59,219 nt of DNA from Gammaproteobacteria bacterium (GTDB taxonomy: Bacteria; Pseudomonadota; Gammaproteobacteria; SZUA-140): positions 1 to 59,219 of the forward strand of contig JADLET010000005.1 in the NCBI GenBank assembly GCA_020845975.1, in the 5' to 3' direction. Numbering within the stretch: the first letter of the stretch is position 1; each line of letters opens with the position of its first letter. The notes beneath the pieces were generated by a model. The model saw only the letters and a list, made by a program, of their open reading frames with translations, searched no databases and had not been told where the DNA came from. Position numbers and translations under genes: made by a program. Below are positions 56,295-59,219 of this stretch, one piece after another.

Positions 56295-59090
56295 ATGGCC
56301 ATGCACGACCAGAAGCTGCGCGCCCGCGTCAAGCTGTTCGGCAATCTGCTCGGCAACGTGTTGCATTCGCAGGCGGGTGGCCGCGTATTCACCGCGGTCG
56401 AGACGCTGCGCAAGGGCTACATCGAGCTGCACAAGGAAGAATCGCCGCGCAAGCGCGCCGCGCTTACCCGGCTCATCCGCCGGCTCGATCCCGAGATCAT
56501 CACCCACGTGGTACGCGCATTCAGCAGCTATTTCAGCCTGGTGAACCTGGCTGAGGAAGTCTTTCAGCACCAGCTGCGCGAGCGCCGGCGCCGCGCCGGG
56601 AAACCACTGTGGACCGGCTCTTTTGAAGAGGCCCTGCGTGGTTTCCGTCGCGACAGAATCAGCGTCGCCCAGCTGCAGAGCGTGTTGGACAGACTGAGCT
56701 ACAACCCGGTGATCACCGCGCACCCCACCGAGGCGAAACGCCATACCATCATGCAGATCCTGCGCCGGATCTTCGTAACCAGCCAGCAGCTCGACGACAC
56801 CCTGCTGTCGCGGGAGGAGCGCGAGGAGGTGCATCGCGTGCTGGAAGCCGAGATCCAGACCTTGTGGAAGACCGACGAGGTGCGCGGCCAAAAGCCCAAC
56901 GTGATCGGCGAAATCCGTCACGGCATCTACTATTTCCAGGACAGCCTTTTCCAGGCGGTGCCGGCGATGTACCGCGAGCTGGAAAAGACCATTGACCGGG
57001 TCTACGGCGACGAGGACGGAAAAGGCGCCGGCATCAACCTGCCCAGTTTCATGCGCTTCGGCTCCTGGGTGGGCGGCGATCGCGACGGCAATCCCAACGT
57101 GACACCGGACGTGACGGCGGTTGCCGTGCGCATGCACGCCATTGCCGCCATCCAGGAATACCTGCCGCGGGTAGCCCAGCTTGGCCACGAGCTGACTCAG
57201 TCGAAACTGCTCTGCTCGCCGTCCGCCGCACTGCTCGCCAGTCTCGACGAAGACGATCGCTACGCCAAGCAGGCGCTGGAGGAGGCGGACCGTTTCCGCG
57301 ATGAACCATACCGGCGCAAGCTCTACATCATGCGTTACCGGCTGCAGCAGATGCTGAACCACACGCGTCGCCGGCTCGAGGGAGAAACCGACTCACCCCC
57401 GCGCGCCGCCTACGACAGCGCGAACGAGCTGCTGCGCGACCTGTACCTGATCCGCGACTCGCTGCGCGCCCATGGTGACCGCAGCATCGCCGAACTTGGC
57501 CTGAAGGACCTGATCCGGCTGGTGGAGACCTTCGGCTTTTTCCTGGTCCAGCTCGATCTGCGCCAGGAATCCTCCCGCCACACCGCCGCTGTCGTCGAGC
57601 TGCTCAAGGCTGATGACGGCACCGAATACACCGAGCTCGACGAGACCCGCCGGGTCAAACTGCTGTCGCGGCTGCTCGAGCGTGACCCGCTGCGCCTCGA
57701 CCACAGCGCGCTGACGACGCCCACGCGGGAGACCCTGGAGGTATTCGAGGTCATGGCCTCCATGCGCGCGGAGGTAAGCGCCCAGGCGTTCGGCAGCTAT
57801 GTCATCTCGATGACGCACTCGGCGAGCCATGTCATGGAAGTGATGTTCCTCGCGCGCCAGGCCAGACTGCTGGGCCGCAACAATGACGGTTCCTGGTACT
57901 GCCACCTGAGCGTCTCGCCCCTGTTCGAGACCATCGACGACCTCAATCGCATCGAACCGGTGATGCGCGATCTGTTCACCAGCCCGACCTACATGGCGCT
58001 GCTGAAGGCGGCGGGGAACGTGCAGGAGATCATGCTGGGCTATTCCGATTCCTGCAAGGACGGCGGCATCCTGGCCTCCTCCTGGGCCCTGTACCGGGCA
58101 CAGATCAAGATCACCGCGCTCACCGCGGAGCACAACATCGAATGCCGCCTGTTCCACGGTCGCGGCGGCACCATCGGACGCGGGGGCGGCCCGACTCACG
58201 AGGCGATCCTGTCCCAGCCGCCCGGCACCGTGCAGGGCCGCATCAAATTCACCGAACAGGGTGAGATGGTCTCCTACAAATACAGCAACAAGGAAACCGC
58301 CATCTACGAGCTCGGCGTCGGCGTCACCGGCCTGCTCAAGGCGAGCAAGAGCCTGGTACAGCCTGTGAAGACCGTCAGCCGCCGCCACAGCCAGATCATG
58401 GACCAGCTCGCCCGCTTCGGCGAGGCCGCCTACCGCCAGCTCGTGGACGAGACGCCGGGACTGCTCGACTACTTTTATGAGGCGACGCCGGTCAACGAGA
58501 TCGGCCTGCTCAACATCGGCTCGCGCCCGAGCCATCGCCGCAAGGCAGACCGCACCAAATCCTCGATCCGCGCCATCCCCTGGGTGTTCGGCTGGGCGCA
58601 ATCGCGCCACACAATCCCGGCATGGTACGGCATCGGTTCCGCACTGCAGCAGTGGTGCGGGGACGATCCCAAACGACTCGAGGAACTGCGTACCATGTAC
58701 CGCCAGTGGCCATTCTTCCGCGCGCTGCTCAGCAACACCCAGATGTCGCTGTTCAAGGCGGACTTGACGATCGCGGGAGAATACGCCCAACTGTGCAGCG
58801 ACAGCAGGCTGGCGACGAAGGTCTACGGCATGATCAGCGAGGAGTACCGCCGCACCGTCGTTCACACCCTGGCCGTCGCCAAGGCGAAGCAGCTGATCGA
58901 GGAGAATCCTGCGCTGGCACTGTCGCTGTCACGCCGTAATCCCTATCTCGACCCGCTCAGTCACATCCAGATCACCCTGCTGAAACGCTGCCGTGACCCC
59001 GAACTCGGGGCGGATAAACGGGATATCTGGCTCAACCCGCTGTTGCGCTCCATCAACGCGATCGCGGCCGGCATGCGCAATACCGGCTGA
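56295..59090 (+). CDS. ppc: Phosphoenolpyruvate carboxylase
   Basis: 931 aa from ATG 56295 (SD AAGGA 7 nt upstream). LRARVKLFG begins at residue 8, as in E. coli Ppc, and the sequence carries VITAHPTE, GYSDSCKDGG, FHGRGGTIGRGG and the C-terminal NTG. The alternative upstream ATG 56238 has no SD. Confidence 0.93.
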   Translation: MAMHDQKLRARVKLFGNLLGNVLHSQAGGRVFTAVETLRKGYIELHKEESPRKRAALTRLIRRLDPEIITHVVRAFSSYFSLVNLAEEVFQHQLRERRRRAGKPLWTGSFEEALRGFRRDRISVAQLQSVLDRLSYNPVITAHPTEAKRHTIMQILRRIFVTSQQLDDTLLSREEREEVHRVLEAEIQTLWKTDEVRGQKPNVIGEIRHGIYYFQDSLFQAVPAMYRELEKTIDRVYGDEDGKGAGINLPSFMRFGSWVGGDRDGNPNVTPDVTAVAVRMHAIAAIQEYLPRVAQLGHELTQSKLLCSPSAALLASLDEDDRYAKQALEEADRFRDEPYRRKLYIMRYRLQQMLNHTRRRLEGETDSPPRAAYDSANELLRDLYLIRDSLRAHGDRSIAELGLKDLIRLVETFGFFLVQLDLRQESSRHTAAVVELLKADDGTEYTELDETRRVKLLSRLLERDPLRLDHSALTTPTRETLEVFEVMASMRAEVSAQAFGSYVISMTHSASHVMEVMFLARQARLLGRNNDGSWYCHLSVSPLFETIDDLNRIEPVMRDLFTSPTYMALLKAAGNVQEIMLGYSDSCKDGGILASSWALYRAQIKITALTAEHNIECRLFHGRGGTIGRGGGPTHEAILSQPPGTVQGRIKFTEQGEMVSYKYSNKETAIYELGVGVTGLLKASKSLVQPVKTVSRRHSQIMDQLARFGEAAYRQLVDETPGLLDYFYEATPVNEIGLLNIGSRPSHRRKADRTKSSIRAIPWVFGWAQSRHTIPAWYGIGSALQQWCGDDPKRLEELRTMYRQWPFFRALLSNTQMSLFKADLTIAGEYAQLCSDSRLATKVYGMISEEYRRTVVHTLAVAKAKQLIEENPALALSLSRRNPYLDPLSHIQITLLKRCRDPELGADKRDIWLNPLLRSINAIAAGMRNTG

Positions 59091-59145
59091 GACCCGCCTT
59101 ACGCCGGCATGGCGCGCCGGAAATCGCAATACGACAGAGAAAGAC

Positions 59146-59161
59146 GCCGGCGGCCGCCGGC
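59146..59161. terminator. GC-rich palindrome, possible terminator for a convergent gene beyond the window edge
   Basis: GCCGGCGGCCGCCGGC is a perfect palindrome. On the minus strand it is followed by GUCUUUCUCU, and it lies 56 nt after the ppc stop. Confidence 0.35.
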
Positions 59162-59219
59162 TCAGGCGACCTGCCGCGGGATATGATTCCGCGTGTGGGT
59201 GATCCGGTTGTGTTCGTCC

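Noticed and set aside
59162-59219. An open minus-strand frame ending at TGA 59164-59162 (...DEHNRITHTRNHIPRQVA*), possibly the 3' end of a convergent gene.
   Set aside because: Only 19 codons are visible and no family can be recognised, so a CDS call cannot be supported.

Overview
This 59.2-kb window is GC-rich, with strong third-position GC bias and many long stop-free antisense ORFs. It reads as ordinary core chromosome of a Gram-negative, gamma- or beta-proteobacterium-like organism. I can support 44 intact protein-coding genes, one interrupted gene (tgt) and one tRNA. The genes are a GGDEF diguanylate cyclase; secF-secD-yajC-tgt-queA; tRNA-Leu(CAA); a glycogen/alpha-glucan cluster (glgP, malQ, a GH57 enzyme, glgC, glgB); fimV-asd-leuB-leuD-(small lipoprotein)-leuC; folD, cysS, ppiA, lpxH, hemH, htpG, pgm, ppsA; a porin-like protein plus a mini periplasmic-binding protein; a MOFRL glycerate kinase; metZ-purF-cvpA-dedD-folC-accD-trpA-trpB-trpF-truA; a beta carbonic anhydrase; pgi-zwf-gnd; and glgA and ppc. 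I found no CRISPR array, transposase, integrase, phage gene or recognisable defence, toxin-antitoxin or restriction module, so I cannot honestly nominate a new multi-gene system. The leads worth a second look are small. (1) tgt carries one in-frame TAG at a conserved Ser position but is otherwise intact. (2) The metZ leader has a promoter, a SAM-II-like pseudoknot candidate, mutually exclusive antiterminator and terminator hairpins and a U7 tract, which is the layout of an OFF riboswitch. (3) A family of intergenic repeats occurs at three sites: inverted arrays of GGGTRAT heptads, and a REP-like CGTAATCCGGATGAAGCGC palindromic unit. One copy is a nested composite of the two types. (4) The conserved fimV|truA junction appears to be broken. 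(5) Several regulatory palindromes and two relatively AT-rich non-coding regions are unexplained. All functional calls rest on my reading of the translated ORFs against remembered family signatures; no database search was run.
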